From the NCBI GenBank assembly GCA_965249575.1, contig OZ252244.1:2304001-2368000 (forward strand): a stretch of 64,000 nt of DNA. Reading direction: 5' to 3'. The notes beneath the pieces are model-generated. The model saw nothing but the letters and a program-made list of their open reading frames with translations, was not told the DNA's origin and made no database searches. Shown here in pieces: positions 40,906 to 50,368 of the stretch. Positions within the stretch are counted from its first letter, which is position 1. Each line of letters opens with the position of its first letter. The stretch is from Gemmatimonadales bacterium (GTDB taxonomy: Bacteria; Gemmatimonadota; Gemmatimonadetes; Gemmatimonadales; GWC2-71-9). Both the position numbers and the translations under genes were made by a program.

Positions 40906-43065
40906 ATGTGGCAACGTCTGTTGGGGTCTGGCTCTGCGGTCGGGGCCTTCGTCGCTCGCCCGCCGGTCCGCAGAGCACTCACCGTGGGTGTGCTCGCCGT
41001 GTTGGGGCTGGGCATCGGCGGCGCGTACGGGTCCTGGACCCGCGCTTGTGCCGGCGGGGCGTGCCCGTCGATTGGCATCCTCGAAACCTATCGGCCAGCC
41101 CAAGCCGCCAAGATCTACGCCGCCGACGGCCGTCTCATCGTCGACCTCGGTATCGAGCGGCGGACGGTCTTGCGTCTGGACGAAATGGCTCCGGAAGTCA
41201 GGGCCGCCTTTCTCGCCGTCGAGGACAAGCGCTTCTACGAGCACCGCGGCATCGATGCACGAAGGATCTTGGGCGCGATCAAAGCGGACGTTCTCGCACG
41301 ACGGTTCGCGCAGGGGTTTTCCACGATCTCCATGCAGCTCGCCCGGAGCGTCTTTCGCGAGCACCTGCCCGCCGCCAAAGATCCCCGGCGAAAGCTTCGC
41401 GAAATCCAGGTGGCGCTAGAGCTCGAGCGCACGTACGGCAAGGACAAGATTTTCGAGCTCTACTTGAACCAGATTTGGCTTGGTACGGGACACGGTGTCG
41501 AGAGCGCTGCCCAGCGCTATTTCGGCAAGTCGGCCAGCTCCCTCAACGTCGCCGAAGCAGCGCTGCTCGCCGGGATCAACCAGCGACCGGCCCGCTACGA
41601 TCCCCGCAAGTATCCCGGGCGGGCCGCCCGCCGCCGCAACGTTGTGATCAACCTCTTGCGGGATCAGGGGTTCATCGATCGGGGCGAGGCCGAGCGATGG
41701 AAAGCACACCCGATCATCCTCAGCTCGCGCCAGGACTTCGCGGGCGTCGCCCCGTATTTCGTGGAGTGGGTCCGCAAACAGCTCTTCGATCGATTTGGGC
41801 GTGACCTCTACGATCGGGGCTACCGCGTCTACACGACGCTCGACCTCGACATGCAGCTTGCGGCGGAGCGCGCGCTCGAGGACCAGCTCTCGGCGATCGA
41901 GCGCGCGGATTACGGCCCCTATCAGCACCCATCGTACCAGCAGTACCTCGACAGCGTCGGTGGAGCGCAGGGGGACCATACGACCACGCCGTACCTCCAG
42001 GGCGCCCTGGTGACGCTGGAGGCCACGACTGGACACGTACTCGCGATGGTGGGTGGCAGGGATTTCGATGACTCGAAGTTCAATCGGGCCACGCAAGCTC
42101 GGCGGCAGGCCGGATCGACGTTCAAGCCGTTCGTCTATTCCTCGGCTATCCGCGCTGGGAAGCCGGCCAGTCATATGATCGATGACCACCCGATCAGCCT
42201 GATGCAAAACGATTCGCTGCCCTGGGAGCCACAGAATTACGAGAGCGATTTCCGCGGCCCAATGACGCTGCGTCGCGGTTTGCAGATTTCGCGCAACCTC
42301 GTCGCCATCCGGCTCGGCCTCGAGCTCGGGGTGCAGCCGGTGATTGGAGAGGCGGTGCGATATGGGATCTCGACTCCACTCCCGGCCTTTCCTTCCGTGT
42401 TCATTGGGGCGGCGTCGGTCATCCCGATCGAAATGGTCTCAGCTTATACCGCGTTCGCAACGCTCGGCGAGCGGGCCGCGCCGCTGGGCATTCTTCGAGT
42501 CGAGGACGAGAAGGGCAACATCGTCTGGCAGCCTCAGCAGCGTCGCGACCGCGTCATGGATGGAGTGCACGCATGGCTCGTGAGCAGCATGCTGCAGAAC
42601 GTGGTGGACCGTGGCACCGCTTACACCGCCGTTCGGGGCGGAGGGTTCATGCTCCCAGCCGGCGGTAAGACCGGTACCACCGACGACGGTACCGACGTGT
42701 GGTTCATTGGGTTCACCCCAGAGCTCGTGACCGGTGTGTGGATGGGCCTCGACCAACCACTCAAGATCAAGGCCAACGCGGCCGGCGGGAGGCTCGCTGC
42801 CCCCGCCTGGACTGCCTTCATGAAGGAAGTTTACGAACGCAGACCGGCACCCGACCGGTGGGAGCGCCCGGATGCGTTGATCACCCGCGAGATCGACCAG
42901 ACGACCGGTTTCCTGGCGACGCCGTTTTGCCCGCGCAGCGCGAAGTACTGGGAGTGGTTTGTCCCTGGCACGGAACCCACGGAGTATTGTCCGATTCACT
43001 CGCCGTTCGCTCGCGGCGTGACGATTTCACCCCTACCGACGGGGGGTACGCGGGGCCGTCCCTGA
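40906..43065 (+). CDS. Class A penicillin-binding protein (PBP1A family)
   Basis: Transglycosylase EDKRFYEH.G, GFSTISMQLA, RKLRE; transpeptidase STFK, SRN, KTGT. Confidence 0.94.
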   Translation: MWQRLLGSGSAVGAFVARPPVRRALTVGVLAVLGLGIGGAYGSWTRACAGGACPSIGILETYRPAQAAKIYAADGRLIVDLGIERRTVLRLDEMAPEVRAAFLAVEDKRFYEHRGIDARRILGAIKADVLARRFAQGFSTISMQLARSVFREHLPAAKDPRRKLREIQVALELERTYGKDKIFELYLNQIWLGTGHGVESAAQRYFGKSASSLNVAEAALLAGINQRPARYDPRKYPGRAARRRNVVINLLRDQGFIDRGEAERWKAHPIILSSRQDFAGVAPYFVEWVRKQLFDRFGRDLYDRGYRVYTTLDLDMQLAAERALEDQLSAIERADYGPYQHPSYQQYLDSVGGAQGDHTTTPYLQGALVTLEATTGHVLAMVGGRDFDDSKFNRATQARRQAGSTFKPFVYSSAIRAGKPASHMIDDHPISLMQNDSLPWEPQNYESDFRGPMTLRRGLQISRNLVAIRLGLELGVQPVIGEAVRYGISTPLPAFPSVFIGAASVIPIEMVSAYTAFATLGERAAPLGILRVEDEKGNIVWQPQQRRDRVMDGVHAWLVSSMLQNVVDRGTAYTAVRGGGFMLPAGGKTGTTDDGTDVWFIGFTPELVTGVWMGLDQPLKIKANAAGGRLAAPAWTAFMKEVYERRPAPDRWERPDALITREIDQTTGFLATPFCPRSAKYWEWFVPGTEPTEYCPIHSPFARGVTISPLPTGGTRGRP

Positions 43066-44345
43066 GCGCGGTCCGCATAGCCGCGGGCGCGGTGTGGCCC
43101 GTATCCAGCCCACCCATCGTCCGCGGGGCACTCCTCATATCCGAGACGGGGCGTATCGTCGGTGTCGGCCCGGACGATCGCGTGCCGCAGCCCGAGGGCA
43201 TCCATTCGATCGTGCTCCCCGACACCGCGGTGGCTCCGGGACTGATCAACGCGCATACCCACCTGGAGCTGACCGCATTCCGTGATCGGGTTTCGGAAGG
43301 CGACTTCTTCGCCTGGATTCAGCACATCCGTCGAGCGAAACGAGCGCTCAGCGTCGATGCGTTTGTGGAGGCGGCGGGCGAGGGACTGCGCGAGTGCTGG
43401 CGCCTGGGGGTCACGACCGTGGCGGACACAGGGGATACCGGGGCTACGGCCGCGGCCCTGGGGCGCATGGGCGGGCGCGGGATCGCTTACCAGGAGGTGT
43501 TCGGTCCGCATCCGGATCAAGCGGAACACGCGATGGTCAACCTGATCGCCTCCGTCGATCGATTGGCGCGGGACGTGCCGGACTCCGTGACGATCGGCGT
43601 CTCGCCCCACGCGCCCTACACGGTAAGCGGGGCGCTGTTCGAGCGCGTCGCCGCGTTCGCCTCGAGCGAGGGCCTCCCAGTGGCGGTGCACATCGCGGAG
43701 TCCCCAGCCGAGATGGAGTTCGTCACCAGGGGCGGTGGACCATTCGCAGCGTCGTGGCGTTCCCGCGGCATACCGATTCCCGAATCCAGCCACTCCGCGG
43801 TCGCATTCCTCGGGCGGCACGGCGTTTTGAGCTCGAACCTCTTGTGTATTCACGCGGTGCAAACAGACGAGCGCGACCTGGCTGCCCTACGGGACGCCGG
43901 CTCGGCCATTGCCCTGTGCCCACGGTCGAACCGGCGACACGGACACGGAGCATCCCCGGTGGCGGCGTGCGTTTCCGCGGGTCTCCGCTGCGGGCTCGGA
44001 ACTGATTCGGTGGCGAGTGTACCCTCGACGGACATGTTCGCCGAGGTGCGCGAAGCGATGGCCGTTGCGAACCTCAGCCCGGAGCAGGGTATGCGGCTGG
44101 CGACAATGGACGCGGCCCGGGCGATCGGGCTTGGGGACGAGATCGGCACGCTCGAGTCCGGGAAATGGGCGGACCTCTGCTTCATCCGCATGGACACCAA
44201 CGGGCCGCTCACCGACGAAGAGGTGATGAAACGGGTCACCAGTACGCAACCCGACGGTATCGAGGGGGCGTGGGTGGCGGGACGGTGCCGCTCCGGCCGT
44301 CCCGCAGGGATCGAGTCGTTGTCTCCGGAGGGCCGCGGCACATGA
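43062..44345 (+). CDS. Amidohydrolase family protein (nucleoside deaminase-like)
   Basis: PGLINAHTHLE, SPHAPYTV, HIAES, CPRSN, LGTDS, G.LE.GK.ADL. Start inferred at a CTG overlapping the PBP stop. Confidence 0.87.
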   Translation: MSAVRIAAGAVWPVSSPPIVRGALLISETGRIVGVGPDDRVPQPEGIHSIVLPDTAVAPGLINAHTHLELTAFRDRVSEGDFFAWIQHIRRAKRALSVDAFVEAAGEGLRECWRLGVTTVADTGDTGATAAALGRMGGRGIAYQEVFGPHPDQAEHAMVNLIASVDRLARDVPDSVTIGVSPHAPYTVSGALFERVAAFASSEGLPVAVHIAESPAEMEFVTRGGGPFAASWRSRGIPIPESSHSAVAFLGRHGVLSSNLLCIHAVQTDERDLAALRDAGSAIALCPRSNRRHGHGASPVAACVSAGLRCGLGTDSVASVPSTDMFAEVREAMAVANLSPEQGMRLATMDAARAIGLGDEIGTLESGKWADLCFIRMDTNGPLTDEEVMKRVTSTQPDGIEGAWVAGRCRSGRPAGIESLSPEGRGT

Positions 44346-44791
44346 AGGCGCAGCGCCGGGCCGCGATCTTGGATTTGGTGCGCAAGCACAAGGTCCGGAG
44401 CCAGGCCCAGCTACGCGAGCTACTGCAGTCCCACGGGATCGACGTCACACAGGCGACCCTCTCCCGGGACATCCATGACCTCCGGCTGTCCAAGGTCGCG
44501 GACCCGACGGGCGGTTCGCGGTATGTAGTTCGAGACGCAGGGGACCTGCTGCACCCGCGGCTGGAGCAGCTCCTGCCGGCGCTCATGGTCTCTCTCGACG
44601 GCGTTGGGCCGTTCCTGGTTGTGAAGACACCAGCCGGCAGTGCTGAGGCACTCGGCAGTGCCCTAGACCGGCAGGATTGGCCCGAGGTGATCGGGTGCAT
44701 CGCGGGTGACGACACGATGCTGATCATTACCCGTAGCGACCGCGCCCGACGGGCCGTGGCCGCGCGGCTGCGTCGCCACGCCCGGCCTTGA
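44342..44791 (+). CDS. argR: Arginine repressor
   Basis: SQ..L...L...G..VTQATLSRD, KT..G.A, G.IAGDDT. Confidence 0.95.
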   Translation: MKAQRRAAILDLVRKHKVRSQAQLRELLQSHGIDVTQATLSRDIHDLRLSKVADPTGGSRYVVRDAGDLLHPRLEQLLPALMVSLDGVGPFLVVKTPAGSAEALGSALDRQDWPEVIGCIAGDDTMLIITRSDRARRAVAARLRRHARP

Positions 44792-44843
44792 CCTGGGGCG
44801 ACTTGGATGTATTTTTATTCAGTGATCTGCATATAGATACGAC
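44788..44843 (+). promoter_or_regulatory. Tandem ARG boxes overlapping a probable arg operon promoter
   Basis: Cores TGTATTTTTATTCA (44808-44821) and TGCATATAGATACG (44828-44841), 20 bp apart, match TGNAT-N4-AT(T/G/A)CA. Candidate -35 TTGACC at 44788 and -10 TATTTT at 44810. Confidence 0.78.
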
Positions 44844-44926
44844 GCCTCCATGAGGGGGCTGCGGGGCCGTTGCCTGGCACAGGGTGCGGGCCCCGTCGTC
44901 ATCTGATGTTGGGTTAGGAGCCAGCC

Positions 44927-46000
44927 ATGCTAGCTGCCGGTGGGAAGCCCATCGCCGCCGCCATTGAGCGCGTGACGGTCCACAAGATCGCGTCCTCGAC
45001 GGGCGGTCGCGTTGGGGAGCGGGAGGTGGATATCGTGCCCGGGGGCGCGGTGCGTTCGGGAGACATCGTGGTCGTAAGGGCGCTGGAAGAAAAGCGAGTC
45101 TACGATCAGCTCGAGCTCATCACTGGAAGGCTCGCGCACATTTCGCGGGACGACGTGATCGTTGGGACCCTCGGGGCGCGGCAGGCGTTGCGGGGCTTCG
45201 TGGGAGACTGCCCCGACCGGGTCCAGGCGGGGGACGTATTGCACGTCCTGAACATGGGTGGGGTCGTCGGGCTCGCGACCTCGGTGAACCGGGACTTTGG
45301 TCCGCCGCTACGCGTCGAGGTGCTGGGAGTGGCCGTGCGCGAGGGCAAGCTGCTCAACATCGCCGATGGGGCGGTGCCGGCGGCCGAGCGACTCGAGGAC
45401 ACCCTTCCGCTCATCGTCGTGGCGGGAACGTGCATGGCGTCGGGAAAGACTCGGGCGGCCTGCGAGATTGTGGCGCAGCTGAACCAGCGCGGGTTCCGGC
45501 TGGGCGCGCTCAAGCTGTCCGGCGTCGCGGCACTACGAGACACCCTCAACATGGAGGATCACGGCGCGGTTCGCTCGCGCAGCTTCCTCGACGCCGGGTA
45601 TCCGTCGACCGCGGGCTTCACCGACCTCGCTCCCATGGGGAAGGGTCTCATCAATGACATCTCCGACTCCTCTCTCGACGCAATCGTCGTCGAGATGGGC
45701 GACGGAATCATTGGTGGGTACGGGGTCGCTTCGTTCTATGCTGACCGGGAGCTCCGGGATGCCATCTCGGCACACGTCATGTGCGCGAACGACCTCGTGG
45801 CCGCATGGGGTGCGCGACAGCTCGCGGAGGGATTCGGACGGACCATCGACGTCATGAGTGGTCCGGCAACGGACAACGCGGTCGGCGAACGGTACGTGGA
45901 GAACGAGCTGGGAGTTCCGGCGGCAAACGCCCGTACGAAGGGCGAGCGGCTGGCCGACCTGGTGGCTACGCATTGCTTCGAAGCGGGTGCCGCCCGGTGA
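44927..46000 (+). CDS. DUF1611/DgcN-like P-loop protein, first gene of the arg operon
   Basis: AGGAG ribosome-binding site; P-loop-like VAGTCMASGKT; DAIVVEMGDG; GTGA overlap with argC. Family assigned from motif recall. Confidence 0.72.
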   Translation: MLAAGGKPIAAAIERVTVHKIASSTGGRVGEREVDIVPGGAVRSGDIVVVRALEEKRVYDQLELITGRLAHISRDDVIVGTLGARQALRGFVGDCPDRVQAGDVLHVLNMGGVVGLATSVNRDFGPPLRVEVLGVAVREGKLLNIADGAVPAAERLEDTLPLIVVAGTCMASGKTRAACEIVAQLNQRGFRLGALKLSGVAALRDTLNMEDHGAVRSRSFLDAGYPSTAGFTDLAPMGKGLINDISDSSLDAIVVEMGDGIIGGYGVASFYADRELRDAISAHVMCANDLVAAWGARQLAEGFGRTIDVMSGPATDNAVGERYVENELGVPAANARTKGERLADLVATHCFEAGAAR

Positions 46001-46980
46001 TCAACGCGGCCGTGTACGGTGCGCGGGGTTACGGGGGGGGCGAGCTCCTGCGCCTGTTGCTGACACACCCGGACGTTTCCGTAGCACAGGCGACGTCACG
46101 GGAGCCCGGAGGGCGCCTCGATGAGATGCACCCCGGCCTCCGGGGACTTACGGACTTGATTCTCGACGAGAGCAAGCCGGAGGCCCTCGGTGCCACGCTG
46201 GACGCCGTCTTTCTCGCGTTGCCGCACGGCGAATCCACGGCGGTGGCGGACGCTGTCTCTTCGCGCTGTCCCAAAGCCAGGGTTTTCGACCTCGCTCAGG
46301 ACTTTCGTACCGGCCACGAGGCCAACGGATGGGTGTATGGGTTTCCGGAGATGACCCGGTCGGAGCTTGCAACGGCGCAACGAATTGCATGTCCCGGGTG
46401 TTTCGCGACCGCCATTCTGCTCGGCACCGTCCCCGCATTCAATGCGGGCCTGGCGCCCCAGCGCGTCATCGTCGACGCCAAAACCGGTTCTTCGGGCAGT
46501 GGTGCTGAGCCTAAGGCCGGGACCCACCACCCCGTACGCACCTCCACGCTGCGTGCCTACAAGGTCTTCGACCACCAGCACGAGCGGGAAATCCAGGCGG
46601 CGTGGTCCTGCTTCGGCAAGGTGGACGAGCTCCCGCGACTCTCGTTCGTGCCGCAATCCGCACCCCTCGTTCGCGGCATTTACGCTTGTTGCTACCTCGT
46701 CTACGGCGATGAATCGCCCGCAGGGGTGCGGGACGCTTATCAGGAATTCTACCGGGACTCGCCGTTCGTGCGGGTCACGGCCGACCCCCCCAACGTGCTA
46801 CACGTCAGGGGCACGAACAACGCGGACTTGTTCATTCAGGATGACGGAGGAGTGGTGCTCGCAATCGCAGCGATCGACAACCTCGTGCGGGGCGCCGCTG
46901 GCCAGGCAGTACAGTGCATGAACCTGGCGTTCGGACTACCGGAAGAGCGTGGGCTCCGGCTCACGGCGCTCGTGCCGTGA
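45997..46980 (+). CDS. argC: N-acetyl-gamma-glutamyl-phosphate reductase
   Basis: GARGYGGGEL, FLALPHG, IACPGCFAT, GSSGSG, IDNLVRGAAGQAVQ.MN. Confidence 0.93.
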   Translation: MINAAVYGARGYGGGELLRLLLTHPDVSVAQATSREPGGRLDEMHPGLRGLTDLILDESKPEALGATLDAVFLALPHGESTAVADAVSSRCPKARVFDLAQDFRTGHEANGWVYGFPEMTRSELATAQRIACPGCFATAILLGTVPAFNAGLAPQRVIVDAKTGSSGSGAEPKAGTHHPVRTSTLRAYKVFDHQHEREIQAAWSCFGKVDELPRLSFVPQSAPLVRGIYACCYLVYGDESPAGVRDAYQEFYRDSPFVRVTADPPNVLHVRGTNNADLFIQDDGGVVLAIAAIDNLVRGAAGQAVQCMNLAFGLPEERGLRLTALVP

Positions 46981-48194
46981 CCGACGCGCAGACTGGAGCC
47001 GACCAGACTGTGGCCGCGCTCGCCGATATCGAGCTGCTGCGAGAGCGGGCCGAACGGAGCGAGTTGGGGGTCTACGCGCGCATGCCGGTGGTCCCGGTGC
47101 GTGGCGAGGGCTGTTACCTGTTCGACGCCCATGGCGAGCGTTACCTCGATTTTTACGGAGGGCACGCAGTCGCTCTCACGGGCCACTGTCACCCCACCGT
47201 CGTCGACGCGATCGTCCGTCAGGCACGAGAGCTCTTGTTTTACTCCAGCGCCGTTCACTCGCCGGTCAGGGTAGCCGCGAGCGAGCTCCTGCTCCGCCAC
47301 GCCCCACACCCTGACTCTCGAGTTTTCCACTGCTGTTCGGGCGCGGAGGCCAACGAGGTGGCGTTCAAAATCGCTCGTAAGGCCACCGGCCGTCCAAACA
47401 TCGTCTCGTTCGAGGGTTCGTTTCACGGCCGTACGATCGGTGCGCTGTCCGCGGCGGGCATGGAGAAATACCGCGCGACCGCCGGTCCCGTGCTGGTCGA
47501 GGAGCACAAGTTCGTCCCCTTCGGCGACGTGGAGGCGCTGAGGAACGCCGTCGATGGTGACACCGCCGCGATCGTGTGCGAGACGATACAGTCGCTTGCC
47601 GGGGTGCATGCCGTGCCGGACGATTTCTTCACCACCCTGGCGAGCATCGCCGCTCAGCGCGGCGCGCTGACCATATTCGACGAGGTACAAAGCGGGCTCG
47701 GGCGCACCGGAACGTTCTTCTTCGCCGATGGCGTAGGTGTCCGTCCCGATCTTATCACGCTCGCCAAGGGCATCGCCAGCGGAGTCCCGGCCGGCGCGGT
47801 CGTCGTAGCGCCCCACCTGGCTGCACTGGCAGCGCTCGGCGATCACGGATCGACGTTCGGCGGTGGGCCCGTCGCGATGGCGGCCATGCGCGCCACGCTC
47901 GAGGTCATTGAGGATGAAGGGCTCGTTACCAACGCGCAACGGATGGGCCGGGTACTGCGCGATGCGATTACGTCGATTGCCGGTGTCAAGCAGCTCAGGG
48001 GGAAAGGCCTCCTACTCGGCATCGAGCTAGCCCGGCCCGCTCGCCCGATTCAGAGCGCGCTGCTCGACCGCAAGGTGATTACCGGAACGTCGGCCCAACC
48101 GGAGGTCCTCCGGCTCCTCCCACCCCTCATCGTCGGGGAGGCCGAGGTCGGCCTCTTTACCGACGCGCTGCACGGGGCCATAGACGATGCTTGA
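46977..48194 (+). CDS. argD: Acetylornithine aminotransferase
   Basis: YLDF.GG, SGAEANE, SFHGRT, DEVQSGLGRTG, TLAKG, HGSTFGG. Confidence 0.9.
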   Translation: MTDAQTGADQTVAALADIELLRERAERSELGVYARMPVVPVRGEGCYLFDAHGERYLDFYGGHAVALTGHCHPTVVDAIVRQARELLFYSSAVHSPVRVAASELLLRHAPHPDSRVFHCCSGAEANEVAFKIARKATGRPNIVSFEGSFHGRTIGALSAAGMEKYRATAGPVLVEEHKFVPFGDVEALRNAVDGDTAAIVCETIQSLAGVHAVPDDFFTTLASIAAQRGALTIFDEVQSGLGRTGTFFFADGVGVRPDLITLAKGIASGVPAGAVVVAPHLAALAALGDHGSTFGGGPVAMAAMRATLEVIEDEGLVTNAQRMGRVLRDAITSIAGVKQLRGKGLLLGIELARPARPIQSALLDRKVITGTSAQPEVLRLLPPLIVGEAEVGLFTDALHGAIDDA

Positions 48195-49095
48195 CGTCTC
48201 CATCCTCATTCAGGCGCTGCCGTACATCCGAGCGTTCCGGGATAAGGTGTTCGTGGTGAAGTTCGGTGGCGAGCTGTTGCGCGACCCCGAGCACCTGGAC
48301 GCGATCGCTGGAGATCTCACGCTGGTGCACATGGTGGGAGTTCGGTTGATCGTGGTGCACGGTGGCGGACCACAGGCCACGCAGCTCTCAGAGACGCTCG
48401 GCATCACGCCGCTGCTGGTGGGTGGGCGCCGCGTGACCGACGAGGCAACGCTCGAGGTCGCCAAGATGGTCTTTGCGGGGAAGATCAACACCGAGGTGCT
48501 GTCCGCGATTCACAAGCACGGCGCCAAAGGGGTTGGGCTCTCCGGGATCGACGGGGGCATCATCCGCGCCCACCGGCGACCGGTAACGACGGTGGTCGAG
48601 GATGGGCAGTCGCAGGAGGTCGACTTCGGGTTCGTGGGTGACATCGATGGGGTCGATCCCACCCTACCGCTGAACCTCGTCGACCGGGGATTCGTTCCGA
48701 TTGTGAGCCCGCTCGCCGCTGATCCGGAGGGAACGATCCTCAACGTGAACGCCGACACGATCGCAGCCGAGCTAGCGGCCAGCATGCAGGCGGAGAAGTT
48801 GATCGTGATGACTTCGGTCCCCGGTGTGTATCGGGACTACGAAACCAAGACCGAACTCCTCTCGTCGCTGACCCCGGCAGAGGCCTCGCGCCTCGTGGAG
48901 ACGGGCGCCGCCGGCTGGGGCATGCGACCCAAGCTCGATGCGTGCGTGAGTGCGGTGCGGCGCGGCGTGCGCCAGGCGCACATCATTAACGGGCTCACGC
49001 GCCATGCCCTCCTGATGGAGATTTTCACTGAGAAAGGCGTTGGCACGATGATCAAAGCGGACCGCGATGCGGTATCTGCCGAGTCGGCGACGTGA
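48187..49095 (+). CDS. argB: Acetylglutamate kinase
   Basis: ALPYI, VVKFGG, VHGGGPQ, RVTD, NVNAD, GM.PKL. No GNAT domain, so it is not classical ArgA. Confidence 0.92.
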   Translation: MLDVSILIQALPYIRAFRDKVFVVKFGGELLRDPEHLDAIAGDLTLVHMVGVRLIVVHGGGPQATQLSETLGITPLLVGGRRVTDEATLEVAKMVFAGKINTEVLSAIHKHGAKGVGLSGIDGGIIRAHRRPVTTVVEDGQSQEVDFGFVGDIDGVDPTLPLNLVDRGFVPIVSPLAADPEGTILNVNADTIAAELAASMQAEKLIVMTSVPGVYRDYETKTELLSSLTPAEASRLVETGAAGWGMRPKLDACVSAVRRGVRQAHIINGLTRHALLMEIFTEKGVGTMIKADRDAVSAESAT

Positions 49096-49144
49096 CGGGG
49101 GGGGATTTGGGTTTCTTCCTCGCTGACGATTGGGAGTGGTGACC

Positions 49145-50368
49145 ATGGGCCCACTAGTAGTGCTTGCCTATTCCGGCGGGCTCGACACGTCGGCGATCGT
49201 GCCGTGGCTCAAGGAGAACTACGACGCAAGGGTGCTCTGCTACACGGCAGACGTTGGGCAGGGATCCGTAGAGGTGGAAGGGCTCGAAGCGAAAGCCGTG
49301 CGGTCAGGAGCCGTGGGTTGCATCGTAGATGATCTTCGGGAGCGGTTCGTTACCGAATTCGTCTTCCCGACGCTTCGATCGGGTGCCATATACGCGCGCA
49401 CGTACCTACTTGGCACGGCCATTGCCCGTCCCGTGACGGCGGCCGGGCAGGTGGCCGCCGCGCGAGAAGCGAACGCCGAGGCGGTCGCCCACGGCTGCAC
49501 CGGCAAGGGCAACGATCAGGTTCGATTCGAGTTGGCGTACCACGCACTGGGGCCCGGGCTCAAGGTCATCGCTCCCTGGCGAGAATGGGCCTTCCGGGGC
49601 CGCGAGGACCTGATCGCCTACCTTCGGGGAAAGGGCATGCCGGTCGACGCCTCATCGGCGAAGCAGTACAGCCGCGATCGCAACCTGTGGCATTGCTCGC
49701 ACGAAGGGGGGCCGTTGGAGGATCCGGCAACGTCTCCTCCCGCCGACCTCTTCCTGCTCACGCGAGATCCTGTCGATGCGCCGGCTAAACCGGACGAAAT
49801 CTCGATCGATTTCGAGCACGGCACCCCCATCGCTATCGACTCCGCTCCACTCGGACCGGTAGCGTTGCTCCAGCGCCTGAACGAGGTCGCCGGGCTCCAC
49901 GGAGTCGGGCGAGCGGACGTCGTTGAGGATCGTGTGGTGGGGATGAAATCCCGTGGCGTCTACGAAACACCGGGCGGCACCATTCTGCGAGCCGCGCACC
50001 GGGAGCTCGAGCAACTGGTGCTCGACCGCCGCACGCTGAGCCTCAAGGACCAGATCGCCCAGCGATACGCCGACCTGATCTACGAGGGCCGCTGGTGGAC
50101 GCTGGAGCGGGAAGCGCTCGATGGTTTGGTCGACGTTACCCAGCGCCGCGTCGTCGGATCGGTGCGGCTCCAACTCTACAAGGGGTCCGTCACAGCGCTA
50201 GCCCGGCGCAGCCCGTTTTCGCTGTACTCCGCGGATGCCGCCACGTTCGGTGGGGAAGGCTCGTACAATCAAGCCGACGCAACCGGCTTCATTCGATTGT
50301 ACGGATTGCCGGTTCGGGTCGATGCCGAAGTTCGGTCGCAGGCTCAGGTGGAGACGACCGCCGAATGA
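49145..50368 (+). CDS. argG: Argininosuccinate synthase
   Basis: LAYSGGLDTS, HGCTGKGNDQVRFE, YSRDRNLWH, GMKSRGVYETP. Confidence 0.97.
   Translation: MGPLVVLAYSGGLDTSAIVPWLKENYDARVLCYTADVGQGSVEVEGLEAKAVRSGAVGCIVDDLRERFVTEFVFPTLRSGAIYARTYLLGTAIARPVTAAGQVAAAREANAEAVAHGCTGKGNDQVRFELAYHALGPGLKVIAPWREWAFRGREDLIAYLRGKGMPVDASSAKQYSRDRNLWHCSHEGGPLEDPATSPPADLFLLTRDPVDAPAKPDEISIDFEHGTPIAIDSAPLGPVALLQRLNEVAGLHGVGRADVVEDRVVGMKSRGVYETPGGTILRAAHRELEQLVLDRRTLSLKDQIAQRYADLIYEGRWWTLEREALDGLVDVTQRRVVGSVRLQLYKGSVTALARRSPFSLYSADAATFGGEGSYNQADATGFIRLYGLPVRVDAEVRSQAQVETTAE

Noticed and set aside
44850..44900. GC-rich hairpin (GCGGGGCC...GGCCCCGT) in the arg leader as an attenuator
   Set aside because: No U-tract and no convincing Arg-rich leader peptide; the ARG boxes already explain regulation.
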